Virus record (IMG/VR): IMGVR_UViG_3300017540_000007
Coordinates: 1 to 41,411 of that record
Strand: one strand, 5' to 3'
DNA from: a virus
Taxonomy: Duplodnaviria; Caudoviricetes
Length of the DNA stretch: 41,411 nucleotides
A program made the translations under genes and the position numbers. Position 1 is the first letter of the stretch. Each line of letters opens with the position of its first letter. Shown here piece by piece: positions 16,337 through 25,105 of the stretch. A model generated the notes under the pieces. That model did not search any database. It worked only from the letters and a program-made list of their open reading frames with translations, and was not told where the DNA came from.

Positions 16337-16368
16337 AAAGCAGTCATTTGAGGAGATGGCTGCTTTTT
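16337..16368 (+). terminator. Intrinsic terminator
   Basis: AAAGCAGTCATTT-GAGG-AGATGGCTGCTTTTT. Confidence 0.75.
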
Positions 16369-16396
16369 ATTATTTAGGCTGAAATGAGGGTGTGTA

Positions 16397-16546
16397 ATGC
16401 GATATTCATTATTATGTGAAAAGTGTAAACGTCCTGCTCAAATTGAAATGACATCAACAAGTTGGAAAGAGGGGCAACGCATTATTAAAAAGGTCTATGA
16501 AAAACAATGCCAGTGTGGTGGGAAGATTAAACCGATGCTTGACTGA
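16397..16546 (+). CDS. 49-aa zinc-ribbon protein
   Basis: GAGGGTG RBS; MRYSLLCEKCKRP...KQCQCGGKIKPMLD. Confidence 0.7.
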   Translation: MRYSLLCEKCKRPAQIEMTSTSWKEGQRIIKKVYEKQCQCGGKIKPMLD

Positions 16547-16636
16547 TTTATTTTGAGCAGTGGGCATTATCGAGTGTCTTCCCCTACACTCCGTATGATA
16601 GTGCTTGCTGCTGAAAATATATAATTCCATATATTT

Positions 16637-16664
16637 GAAGGAATATCTCTTCTATTGTCGAAAT
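16637..16664 (+). promoter_or_regulatory. SigmaH-like promoter of the PH-domain moron
   Basis: GAAGGAATAT-N10-GTCGAAAT; same layout at 34731. Confidence 0.55.
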
Positions 16665-16701
16665 AGTATAACTATTAACATGGAAAGGGAGGCAAAATTA
16701 G

Positions 16702-17076
16702 ATGGCTGAAGAAAAAACAATCTTAGAATTCGAAACATATTTATTTGGGATAAAAGGGAACAAAGAAGGGTTCCTAAAAATCCCTACAGAACGTTACGAA
16801 TTAACGAATGAACGCTTAAAAATAACTAAGCAAGGTGTTATGACGGAATCTAAAAGCGATATCGAACTTTATGCAATCAAAGACATTACCGTCGTTCAAA
16901 AACTGAAAGATAAAATGATGGATGTTGGCGATATTGAGATTATTAGTTCAGATGCTTCTACACCGAAAGTTGTCTTGAAACGAATTAAAGGGCCAAACGA
17001 TATCAGAGAGCAAATTAGAAGAGCTGCAAAAGACGCAAGAGATACTGCAGGCGTTACATATAGAATGGATTTATAA
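16702..17076 (+). CDS. Bacterial PH-domain (bPH_2-like) protein moron
   Basis: YELTNERL..G.....DIELYAIKDITVVQ..KMMDVGDIEIISSD; own promoter and terminator. Confidence 0.8.
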   Translation: MAEEKTILEFETYLFGIKGNKEGFLKIPTERYELTNERLKITKQGVMTESKSDIELYAIKDITVVQKLKDKMMDVGDIEIISSDASTPKVVLKRIKGPNDIREQIRRAAKDARDTAGVTYRMDL

Positions 17077-17100
17077 GCGAGCCTAGTGCTTGCTTTTTTT
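17075..17100 (+). terminator. Intrinsic terminator
   Basis: AAGCGAGC-CTAGT-GCTTGCTT followed by a T tract. Confidence 0.7.
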
Positions 17101-17225
17101 ATTTTTATAAGCAATTTGCATAATGGGGTGAGGAAATCGATTCCACATGTATGTATTATTCATTAAATTTCTTGACGATCACCTTGAAGTTTCCAAAAAG
17201 GTGTCGTCTAGCTTGATAGCCAGAT

Positions 17226-17318
17226 TTACTTTTTGCTGTTAACTATAGAAGTGATTAATTCAATAATCGCTTTAGTTAAAGCAAGGATAGAGATTACTGC
17301 AAGAATTTCGGCATTCAT
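17226..17318 (-). CDS. 30-aa hydrophobic peptide, type I toxin-like
   Basis: GGGGTGA RBS; MNAEILAVISILALTKAIIELITSIVNSKK. Confidence 0.6.
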   Translation of the reverse strand: MNAEILAVISILALTKAIIELITSIVNSKK

Positions 17319-17481
17319 CTAATCACCCCATTCCCAACTTTATTATGGGCCAATTTTAGTAGTTTATACGATGGTTTAATCTGGATTTTATAGAATACAA
17401 TATCGATATTTTATATGATTTATTTAATATTTATTAAATGTTTTTGAGAGTCACTTTATATCGGAGGTGGTGTTATGAGAG

Positions 17482-18375
17482 ATGGCTAGAGCAAGAGATC
17501 CTAATCGCGATAGAGCGTTTGAAATATATAAAGAGCATGATGGAAACATTGCTAATCGTGCTATCGCTGAAATGCTCGGTGTACCTGAGAAAACTATTGG
17601 CTCGTGGAAGTCAAAAGCTAAGGATAACTGGGATGCTAAATTAAATGGAGTACTCCAAAAGGATAAACGGAGTACTCCGAAAGTGAATAAGAGTACTACA
17701 AAGAAAAAGAAAGTCGTTGAATCGGTAGAAGTCATTGAATTAGAAAATGACATTTTTACCGATAAGCAACGGCTTTTTATTAGTTATTACGTGAAATACT
17801 GGAATGCTACCAAGGCTTATAAAAAGGCTTATGGATGTAGCAGAGAAACAGCATTAACGAATGGGCCCGCACTACTCAAAAAGACTCGGATTCGTGAGGA
17901 AGTCATACGTGTGCGAGATGGTATAACCCAAGAGGCGATTTTAGATAGACGTACTCTCATTCAGAAATGGATAGACATCGCCTTCGCAGATATTACAGAC
18001 TACCTTCAATTTGGTAAGGTTGAGGAAATTAAATATAACGAAGACGGTCAGCCGGAACTGGATATGAACGGTAATATTAAAACCTGGACTCGTAGCTTTG
18101 TAAACCTCAATGAGTCAGAAGAAGTTGATGGAACTTTGATTACTGAGGTTAAGCAAGGGAAAGATGGCATTACAGTTAAACTTGCAGACAAGATGAAGGC
18201 GCTTGAGTTCTTATCAAAGCATATGGATCTACTTAACGACAATGAGTTGAAGCAGCTTAAAGTGGAACGTGAGAAAATCGCTATCCGTAAGGAAAAAGGC
18301 GATGATGGCGAAGAGTACGAAGATGATGGATTCATGGACGCACTAAAAGGTGTCGAGGTGGATTGGAATGAGTAA
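17482..18375 (+). CDS. terS: Terminase small subunit
   Basis: N-terminal RARDPNRDRAFEIY HTH; TDKQRLFISYY...NATKAY; VKLADKMKALEFL. Confidence 0.92.
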   Translation: MARARDPNRDRAFEIYKEHDGNIANRAIAEMLGVPEKTIGSWKSKAKDNWDAKLNGVLQKDKRSTPKVNKSTTKKKKVVESVEVIELENDIFTDKQRLFISYYVKYWNATKAYKKAYGCSRETALTNGPALLKKTRIREEVIRVRDGITQEAILDRRTLIQKWIDIAFADITDYLQFGKVEEIKYNEDGQPELDMNGNIKTWTRSFVNLNESEEVDGTLITEVKQGKDGITVKLADKMKALEFLSKHMDLLNDNELKQLKVEREKIAIRKEKGDDGEEYEDDGFMDALKGVEVDWNE

Positions 18376-19648
18376 ACGTAAGAAGCCTGCTCTTTTCAAG
18401 TTCAAGCCTTTTAGTCAAAAGCAATTGAAAGTTTTGAAATGGTGGCAAGATGATTCTCCGCACAAGGATAAAGACGGTTTAATCTGTGATGGATCTGTTC
18501 GAGCTGGTAAAACGGTCGTGATGTCCCTTTCTTATGTTATGTGGGCCATGGAAACATTCGATGAAGAAAACCTTGGGATGGCCGGTAAAACAATCGGCTC
18601 ATTCAGACGTAACGTTTTCAAACCTCTAAAGAGAATGCTCCAATCCCGGGGATATAAAGTAAAAGAATTTCGTTCCGAAAACATGTTCACTGTCACTCGA
18701 AATGGCAAAGTGAACTTTTTTTATATCTTCGGCGGAAAAGATGAAGCTTCTCAGGACTTAATTCAAGGGATTACACTCGCCGGTATGTTCTTTGATGAAG
18801 TTGCACTTATGCCTCAATCATTTGTTAACCAGGCAACAGCTCGTTGTTCGGTCGATGGCGCTAAGTTTTGGTTTAACTGCAACCCGGCAGGTCCTTATCA
18901 TTGGTTCAAACTTGAATATTTAGATCAGTTAGAAGAAAAGAATATGCTTCACTTACATTTCACTATGGATGACAACTTATCGCTGTCTGAACGTGTGAAA
19001 GAGCGTTACAAACGGATGTATCACGGAGTGTTCTATAAACGATTTATTTTAGGCTTGTGGGTACTTGCTGAAGGTATTATCTATGACATGTTCGACAAAG
19101 ATAAGCATGTTGCAGCCACTGAATATAGGTCATACACAGATTATTATGTTTCCATCGACTATGGAACACAGAACCCAACAACCTTTGGTTTATGGGGTTT
19201 TTATGATGGAATATGGTACAAAGTCAAAGAGTACCATTACGATGGCCGCCAAGAAAGTAAACAAAAAACGGACCAAGAGTACTATGAGGATTTAGTAGAG
19301 TTCATTGGAAAGTGTAACGTAAAAGCGGTTATCGTTGATCCCTCTGCTGCTTCTTTTATCGCAGTTTTGAAAAAGAATGACATAAGGGTCAAAAAAGCAA
19401 AGAATGATGTTCTAGAAGGTATCCGTAACGTTGGGAATGCTTTAAAAAATGGCTTAATCAAATATAACGATTGTTGCAAAGAAACATTCCGTGAATTCAG
19501 TTCTTATATGTGGGATGAAAAGGCGGCAGATCGTGGAGAAGATAAGCCAGTAAAGCAGAATGACCATCAAATGGATGGAGACCGTTATTTCGTGAACACG
19601 ATTCTATTTAAAAATAAAATACAAATTAAAACATTTGGAGGGTTGTAG
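18368..19648 (+). CDS. terL: Terminase large subunit, PBSX family
   Basis: DGSVRAGKT, FFDEVAL, NCNP, DYGTQNP, VDPSAAS, NDHQMDGDRY. Confidence 0.95.
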   Translation: MSKRKKPALFKFKPFSQKQLKVLKWWQDDSPHKDKDGLICDGSVRAGKTVVMSLSYVMWAMETFDEENLGMAGKTIGSFRRNVFKPLKRMLQSRGYKVKEFRSENMFTVTRNGKVNFFYIFGGKDEASQDLIQGITLAGMFFDEVALMPQSFVNQATARCSVDGAKFWFNCNPAGPYHWFKLEYLDQLEEKNMLHLHFTMDDNLSLSERVKERYKRMYHGVFYKRFILGLWVLAEGIIYDMFDKDKHVAATEYRSYTDYYVSIDYGTQNPTTFGLWGFYDGIWYKVKEYHYDGRQESKQKTDQEYYEDLVEFIGKCNVKAVIVDPSAASFIAVLKKNDIRVKKAKNDVLEGIRNVGNALKNGLIKYNDCCKETFREFSSYMWDEKAADRGEDKPVKQNDHQMDGDRYFVNTILFKNKIQIKTFGGL

Positions 19649-20977
19649 ATGGTTGTTTTTATACATCCTGCTGAAGAAGAAATTACTGCAACCGTAGTAA
19701 GTGAATTTATTAAATTACATCAAGCTGAACTACCTCGATACAATCGATTAAAGAAAATGTACGAGAGTGAACCACCAATTTTAAGTCAGGAAGATAAGCC
19801 AGAGTACAAGCCAGATAATCGATTAGTCGTAAACTATGCAAAATATATCGTTGATACATTTAACGGCTATTTCATTGGGATTCCTGTAAAAGTCTCACAT
19901 GATGATCAAGGAGTGAACGAGCGTGTAGATAACTTTTTGAGATTGAATGATATGGACGATAATCAAGCAGAATTATCTAAGATATGCTCAATTTACGGTC
20001 ACGGATTTGAAATCCTGTACCAAAATGAAGAGTCAGAAACGTGCTGCACTTACAACAATCCATTGGATATGTTCATTGTATATGACGATACGATTGCTCA
20101 AAAGCCATTATTCGCTGTTCGATACCAAAAGACAGATGACGGTTTACGAGGACAGTTGTTTACTGTTGAGAAGGAAATCGAGCTATCAGAGGGAGCGAAG
20201 GGCATATTGTTGGGAGATGAAACTCCTCACTTCTATAAAGATGTTCCGGTTCTCGAATATATCGAAAATGAAGAAAGAAAATCTATTTTTGAATCAGTTG
20301 AGTCACTGATTAATGCTTACGATAAGGCTATTTCTGAAAAGGCTAATGATGTAGATTACTTCGCTGATGCCTATATGAAAATGTTAGGAATGGAACTGGA
20401 CGACAACGGAATTCGAAAAATTAGAGACAATCGAATTATTAATATGTTTGGCGATGAGGATGTTTCGAAATTAGTCGTTGAATTCATGGAAAAGCCCAAT
20501 GGAGATCAGTCTCAAGAAAACCTTCTAAATCGTTTGGAAAGGCAAATATATCAAGTAAGCATGGTTGCCAACATTAACGATGAATCGTTCGGTAATGCTT
20601 CAGGAGTTGCCTTAGAGTTTAAGCTCCAGCCCATGAAAAACCTTGCGGCCATGAAGGAACGCAAATTTATATCTGGCATGAATAGGCGTTTTAAAATGTT
20701 CTTCAACCTGCCGACGAACATGGAATCTAGTAAAGTAGGTGAATGGAGAAACTTAAATTATAAGTTTACTAGAAACATTCCTAGAAACGTTGCTGACGAG
20801 GCAGATACGGCTAGTAAACTTCAAGGCGTGGTTTCAAAAGAGACTCAATTAAGTGTTCTTTCTATTGTTGATAATCCTAAGCAAGAGATTGAAAGAATGG
20901 ATGCTGAAAATACGCCAAGTGATTTCCCAACAGATCCAGATGGCGATTTTGTTGTTTCAGGAGAGGGTGAAAATTGA
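19649..20977 (+). CDS. Portal protein, SPP1 gp6-like
   Basis: NRLVVNYAKYIVD...GYFIG.P; FGNASGVALEFKL; FTRNIPRN. Confidence 0.95.
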   Translation: MVVFIHPAEEEITATVVSEFIKLHQAELPRYNRLKKMYESEPPILSQEDKPEYKPDNRLVVNYAKYIVDTFNGYFIGIPVKVSHDDQGVNERVDNFLRLNDMDDNQAELSKICSIYGHGFEILYQNEESETCCTYNNPLDMFIVYDDTIAQKPLFAVRYQKTDDGLRGQLFTVEKEIELSEGAKGILLGDETPHFYKDVPVLEYIENEERKSIFESVESLINAYDKAISEKANDVDYFADAYMKMLGMELDDNGIRKIRDNRIINMFGDEDVSKLVVEFMEKPNGDQSQENLLNRLERQIYQVSMVANINDESFGNASGVALEFKLQPMKNLAAMKERKFISGMNRRFKMFFNLPTNMESSKVGEWRNLNYKFTRNIPRNVADEADTASKLQGVVSKETQLSVLSIVDNPKQEIERMDAENTPSDFPTDPDGDFVVSGEGEN

Positions 20978-21210
20978 TGGACAATTCTTTTATAGTAAGA
21001 TTTGAAAAATCTTGCCGTGCTTTAGCTAAATCATTTTGTGAAGCGATCGAAAGAATTAGAGACTTTTTAGTGGATTTAAATGTATATGCTGAAGAAATTG
21101 ATAAAAAGCAAAAGATAAAACAATCATGGATTACGCCCAATAAAATTATGAAACCTCATCAGGTAATTAATCGGAAGCCTTTTTTTGCTAAAGCCCGGAG
21201 CAATTGCTGA
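20974..21210 (+). CDS. Hypothetical small protein between portal and minor head genes
   Basis: GAGGGTG RBS; overlaps both neighbours. Confidence 0.6.
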   Translation: MMDNSFIVRFEKSCRALAKSFCEAIERIRDFLVDLNVYAEEIDKKQKIKQSWITPNKIMKPHQVINRKPFFAKARSNC

Positions 21211-22109
21211 TGGATAGCGAAAGAAAAACATATTGGGAACAAAGGATGATTCAGCTTTTCACCGTCCAGGATAAAAAGAACGCGAAGTTTGAAAAGAAAA
21301 TGAGCAAAGAATATTTACGTCTTGAAGCTCAAATTAACAAAGAGATTGCTAGTTATTACTCTAAGTATGGCAAAGACGGAGTAATTGAATTCCGTAAGTT
21401 AGTACAATCACTCACAGAAAAAGAGAGTGAGTTAGTATTTCGAGATTATGACGAGTTTGCTAGACGTAATCCAAGATACAAGCACCTTCTACCGGTTCGA
21501 GAATCGATATACAAGCTTAACCGATTAGAAGGCCTTCAACTGAGCATTAGAATGAATATGGTTGAGCTAGGTGCTTTTGAAGAAGAAGGATTTCGAAAAC
21601 TCCTCGAAGATGCTTATGAAACCGGATATTTATCTTCAATGGGAGGGCTACAAAACGCACCAACCTTTTTTGCGTTGAACAATGTTGCAATGCAGCTTAC
21701 TTTAAACGAACAATGGATCAATGGGGGCAACTTTTCCTCACGTATTTGGAGTAACAAAGAGAAGTTACTTCGACTGCTTAACAATGAGATAAGAGACGCG
21801 ATTATTCGAGGCGATGATTATAGACAAATGACTAGTATCATCAAACATCGAACTGGCGTAGGTGATTATGAAGCAAAAAGACTAATTCAGACTGAATACA
21901 ATTTCGTTATGAATCAGGCAAATAAACAAGCGTTTTTAGATGCAAAGCTTAGCAGATATGAAATTTCAGCTGTGCTAGACCGAAAGACTAGTAAGACATG
22001 TAGAAGCTTGGACGGGGAAATGTTTGAGTTTGCAAGGGCTTCAGTTGGATTAAACTATCCACCGTTTCATGCACATTGCAGAACTACTGTTATACCAGTC
22101 GAAAATTAA
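21204..22109 (+). CDS. Minor head protein, SPP1 gp7 / Mu F-like
   Basis: FSSRIW, RLIQTE, LDRKTSKTCRSLDG, PPFHAHCRTT. Confidence 0.92.
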   Translation: MLMDSERKTYWEQRMIQLFTVQDKKNAKFEKKMSKEYLRLEAQINKEIASYYSKYGKDGVIEFRKLVQSLTEKESELVFRDYDEFARRNPRYKHLLPVRESIYKLNRLEGLQLSIRMNMVELGAFEEEGFRKLLEDAYETGYLSSMGGLQNAPTFFALNNVAMQLTLNEQWINGGNFSSRIWSNKEKLLRLLNNEIRDAIIRGDDYRQMTSIIKHRTGVGDYEAKRLIQTEYNFVMNQANKQAFLDAKLSRYEISAVLDRKTSKTCRSLDGEMFEFARASVGLNYPPFHAHCRTTVIPVEN

Positions 22110-22112
22110 GGA

Positions 22113-22418
22113 GTGGTTGAATTGGATCCTCAAACAATTAAGATTGCTGGAATTGGATATGAAGTAAAAGAAGTTGAAAATTTGGAAGATCAATTTAATT
22201 TACTTGGCCAGATTCTTTATACTCGTGGAATTATTCAACTAGAGAAGAATTTACCTCCTGATAGAAAAGTACAAGTATTTGTACATGAAGTATTGCATGG
22301 TATTTTCTTTGAAGCTGGTTACGAAGAACAAGATGAGGAAATGATCGATAGAGTGGCGAAAGTACTTTACCAAGTCTTGAAAGATAACAATATAGTATTT
22401 GAGAGAGGAGACGGTTGA
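22113..22418 (+). CDS. Small HExxH metallopeptidase-like protein (ImmA/IrrE-like)
   Basis: LLGQI.Y..GII.L...RKVQVFVHEVLHGI...EEMID. Confidence 0.75.
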   Translation: MVELDPQTIKIAGIGYEVKEVENLEDQFNLLGQILYTRGIIQLEKNLPPDRKVQVFVHEVLHGIFFEAGYEEQDEEMIDRVAKVLYQVLKDNNIVFERGDG

Positions 22419-22738
22419 AAATGAAATTAGATATTCAACATTTCGCAGAGCCGAGTCAATCCATTGGTGATTTTGGTTGGGCGTTATCAAGATTAAAAGA
22501 TGGAGGAAAGGTAGCTCGCAGAGGTTGGAACGGCAAAGGGATGTTTGTTGTTTTTCAAAAAGGATATCCTCAAGGAATCCCTTGTAACGCACAAACGGCC
22601 AGAGCATGGGGTATGCAAGAAGGAGACATATTTAAATGTGATCCTTATCTACAAATTAAAACAGCTCAAGGAACACATTCGATGTGGGTACCATCAATTA
22701 ATGATGTGCTTGCAGAAGATTGGGAAGAGATTGAGTAA
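22415..22738 (+). CDS. tad2: DUF2829 / Tad2-like anti-defence sponge protein
   Basis: FGWAL..LK.G.KVARRGWNGKGMF...IKTA.....WVPS..DVLAEDW. Confidence 0.85.
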   Translation: MKMKLDIQHFAEPSQSIGDFGWALSRLKDGGKVARRGWNGKGMFVVFQKGYPQGIPCNAQTARAWGMQEGDIFKCDPYLQIKTAQGTHSMWVPSINDVLAEDWEEIE

Positions 22739-22741
22739 AGA

Positions 22742-22771
22742 AGTCCTAGCAATTGCTAAGGACTATTTTTT
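22742..22771 (+). terminator. Intrinsic terminator-like hairpin
   Basis: AGTCCTAGC-AATT-GCTAAGGACT-ATTTTTT. Confidence 0.6.
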
Positions 22772-22855
22772 ATGTCCATAACCGTGCTGGCGACGTAAAA
22801 CTGCATGCGTAAAAAATAAAGCCCACCAAGGCTATAAAGAGTGAGGAGAATAAAC

Positions 22856-23515
22856 ATGAAAACTATAATTTCTTTAGCAACTTTAGCCTTTTTAAATAAA
22901 CAAATTATGCCTCTGGACATTCAGTTGTTTGCTGATCCAGAACCTACTGAACCAACAGAGCCGACGGAACCAACTTCAACTACCTCAGAACCGACTGAGC
23001 CGACAGAACCAAATGAGCCTCCTTCTAAGACATACACGCAAGAAGAAATGGAGGAAATCATTAAACAACGTGTGGCTCGCGAGAAAAAGGCAGCTGAAAA
23101 GGCAGTTCAAGAAGCTGAGAAGCTAGCAAAAATGAACGAAGAACAAAAGCGACAATATGAACTTGAGAAGCTTCAAAACGAATTAGAAGAGTATAAACGT
23201 AAAGACGCTTATTACACAATGTCAAAAGAAGCTACTAAGATGCTTGCAGATCATGAGATTGTTGCTGATGAAGTATTACTATCATTTGTTGTAAAAGAGA
23301 CAGCAGACGAAACGAAAGAGACTGTTAACGCCTTTGTGGAGTTAATTAAAGCGAAAGTGCAAGAAGGTATTAAGAAATCTTTAGCAGGTACTCCACCGAA
23401 ACGAGGCACTACTCCAGGTGGTAAAGGTGCACTCACTAAAGATGAAATCATGAAAGAAAAAGATTCAATTAAGCGTCAAAAATTAATTCAAGAGAACATG
23501 CATTTGTTCCAATAA
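22856..23515 (+). CDS. Capsid scaffolding protein (DUF4355-like)
   Basis: LDIQLFA leader, EPT repeats, KTYTQEE, EAEKLAKMN, GTPPK; precedes capsid gene. Confidence 0.9.
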   Translation: MKTIISLATLAFLNKQIMPLDIQLFADPEPTEPTEPTEPTSTTSEPTEPTEPNEPPSKTYTQEEMEEIIKQRVAREKKAAEKAVQEAEKLAKMNEEQKRQYELEKLQNELEEYKRKDAYYTMSKEATKMLADHEIVADEVLLSFVVKETADETKETVNAFVELIKAKVQEGIKKSLAGTPPKRGTTPGGKGALTKDEIMKEKDSIKRQKLIQENMHLFQ

Positions 23516-23530
23516 TAGGAGGAAACCTAA

Positions 23531-24448
23531 ATGACTAAACAATTCGAAATGAAAATGTTATTACCACTAGATATCCAATTCTTTGCTGAAGCAAATTTAA
23601 CTACTACTGGCGACTTAGCTAAGGTGCAATCAATCGACTTTGTTGAACAATTCCAATCCAACTTATCGAAGTTAATCGAGGCATTAGGTATAACTCGTAA
23701 AATGCCTGTTGCAAACGGTATGACGATTAAAACATACACATCAACTGTTACAATGGCTGGCAACGCTGCAGTAGGTGAAGGGGAAACAATTCCACTTTCT
23801 AAAGTAGAAACGGAACCAGGTCCATCAATCGAACTTTCGTTCAAAAAATTCCGTAAAGCTGCTTCTGTTGAAGCGATTCAAAAACATGGTTATGATCAAG
23901 CGATTATCGAGACAGATGAAAAGCTTTTAAAAGAAATTCAAAAAGGTATTCGTACTGATTTCTTCGGATTCTTAGCAACAGGAACAGGTACTGCTTCTGC
24001 AGTAAACCTACAAGGCGCATTTGCTCAAGCATGGGGTAAAGTGCAAGTGTTGTTTGAAGATGATGCAGCACAAACAATTACATTTGTAAATCCAATGGAC
24101 ATCGCTGATCACTTAGCTAAAGCTGACTTATCAGTTCAAACTGCTTTCGGTTTACAATTCGTTCAAAATTTTGCTGGTGTAGATTTAGTAATCATTAACT
24201 CATCTGTTCCAAAAGGAACTGTTTACGCAACATCTCCTGAGAATATCGTACTAGCATATGTTCAAATCACTGGTGGAGAAATTAACAAAGCATTTGATTT
24301 CACGACTGACCAAACAGGCTACATTGGTGTAACACACGATATCCAAAAACAAAATTTAACTGCTGAAACTGTTGCGTTATCAGGAGTGAAGCTATTTGCA
24401 GAACGTCTTGATGGCGTAGTAAAAGTTACGATTGCTCCAGCAGTTTAA
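23531..24448 (+). CDS. Major capsid protein
   Basis: LDIQFFA leader, VGEGETIPLSK, KKFRKA.S.EAIQKHG, FAERLDGVVK. Confidence 0.92.
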   Translation: MTKQFEMKMLLPLDIQFFAEANLTTTGDLAKVQSIDFVEQFQSNLSKLIEALGITRKMPVANGMTIKTYTSTVTMAGNAAVGEGETIPLSKVETEPGPSIELSFKKFRKAASVEAIQKHGYDQAIIETDEKLLKEIQKGIRTDFFGFLATGTGTASAVNLQGAFAQAWGKVQVLFEDDAAQTITFVNPMDIADHLAKADLSVQTAFGLQFVQNFAGVDLVIINSSVPKGTVYATSPENIVLAYVQITGGEINKAFDFTTDQTGYIGVTHDIQKQNLTAETVALSGVKLFAERLDGVVKVTIAPAV

Positions 24449-24464
24449 GAAGGGATGATGAAAA

Positions 24465-24773
24465 ATGAATTACACAGTAATTAAGCCATTTCATGATTTA
24501 GAAGATTACAAACGTCTCTACGAGTCAGGGCAATATCCTCGTGAAGGTTTTAAACCGACTGATGAACGTATTCAATTTCTTGCTAACAAAGGGTTCATTC
24601 AAGCTAATGAAGGAACTCAAGAAGATGGAGATAACGGAGAAGGTCGTAAAGATGGTGAAGAAACTGAGTTCCCTAAACACACTGGTGGAGGGTATTACGA
24701 ACTTTCCAACGGCGAGAAAGTAAAAGGCAAGGAAGAAGCTATCGAAGCTGAAAACGCCCTAAAAGGTGTGTAG
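24465..24773 (+). CDS. Head-associated conserved protein
   Basis: YTVIKPFHDLED..YPREG and FPKHTGGGYYELSNGEKVKGKEEA motifs; follows capsid gene. Confidence 0.7.
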   Translation: MNYTVIKPFHDLEDYKRLYESGQYPREGFKPTDERIQFLANKGFIQANEGTQEDGDNGEGRKDGEETEFPKHTGGGYYELSNGEKVKGKEEAIEAENALKGV

Positions 24774-24775
24774 GG

Positions 24776-25105
24776 ATGGGCGTTAAAGAGCGTGTTATAA
24801 TCCGTAAGCCTGAAATTGACTACGAATTATTAGATGAACTGATTCACACTGCCTCAGATCGTATCAATTTACGTTTAGGTACATTAACTTTACCTACGGA
24901 AATGGAATCAGTAACTGTCGAAGTAGTGTGTGCTATGTCTAACAAATCCTATTATGAAGGAATTAAATCAGAGGATTTAGATGGCACATCTAGTATAAGT
25001 TTTGTAGATGATATTCTGGCAGAATACGAGACAGATTTTGCCAGGTATCTATCTATGAAAGAAAAACAAGAGAATGCAAATAGAGGGGTGATGAGGTTCT
25101 TATGA
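24776..25105 (+). CDS. Head-tail connector (gp15/gp6-like adaptor)
   Basis: LP.EMESVTVEV...N....EGIKSE; synteny. Confidence 0.85.
   Translation: MGVKERVIIRKPEIDYELLDELIHTASDRINLRLGTLTLPTEMESVTVEVVCAMSNKSYYEGIKSEDLDGTSSISFVDDILAEYETDFARYLSMKEKQENANRGVMRFL

Noticed and set aside
22935-23020. EPT tandem repeats
   Set aside because: Ordinary low-complexity linker of scaffold proteins
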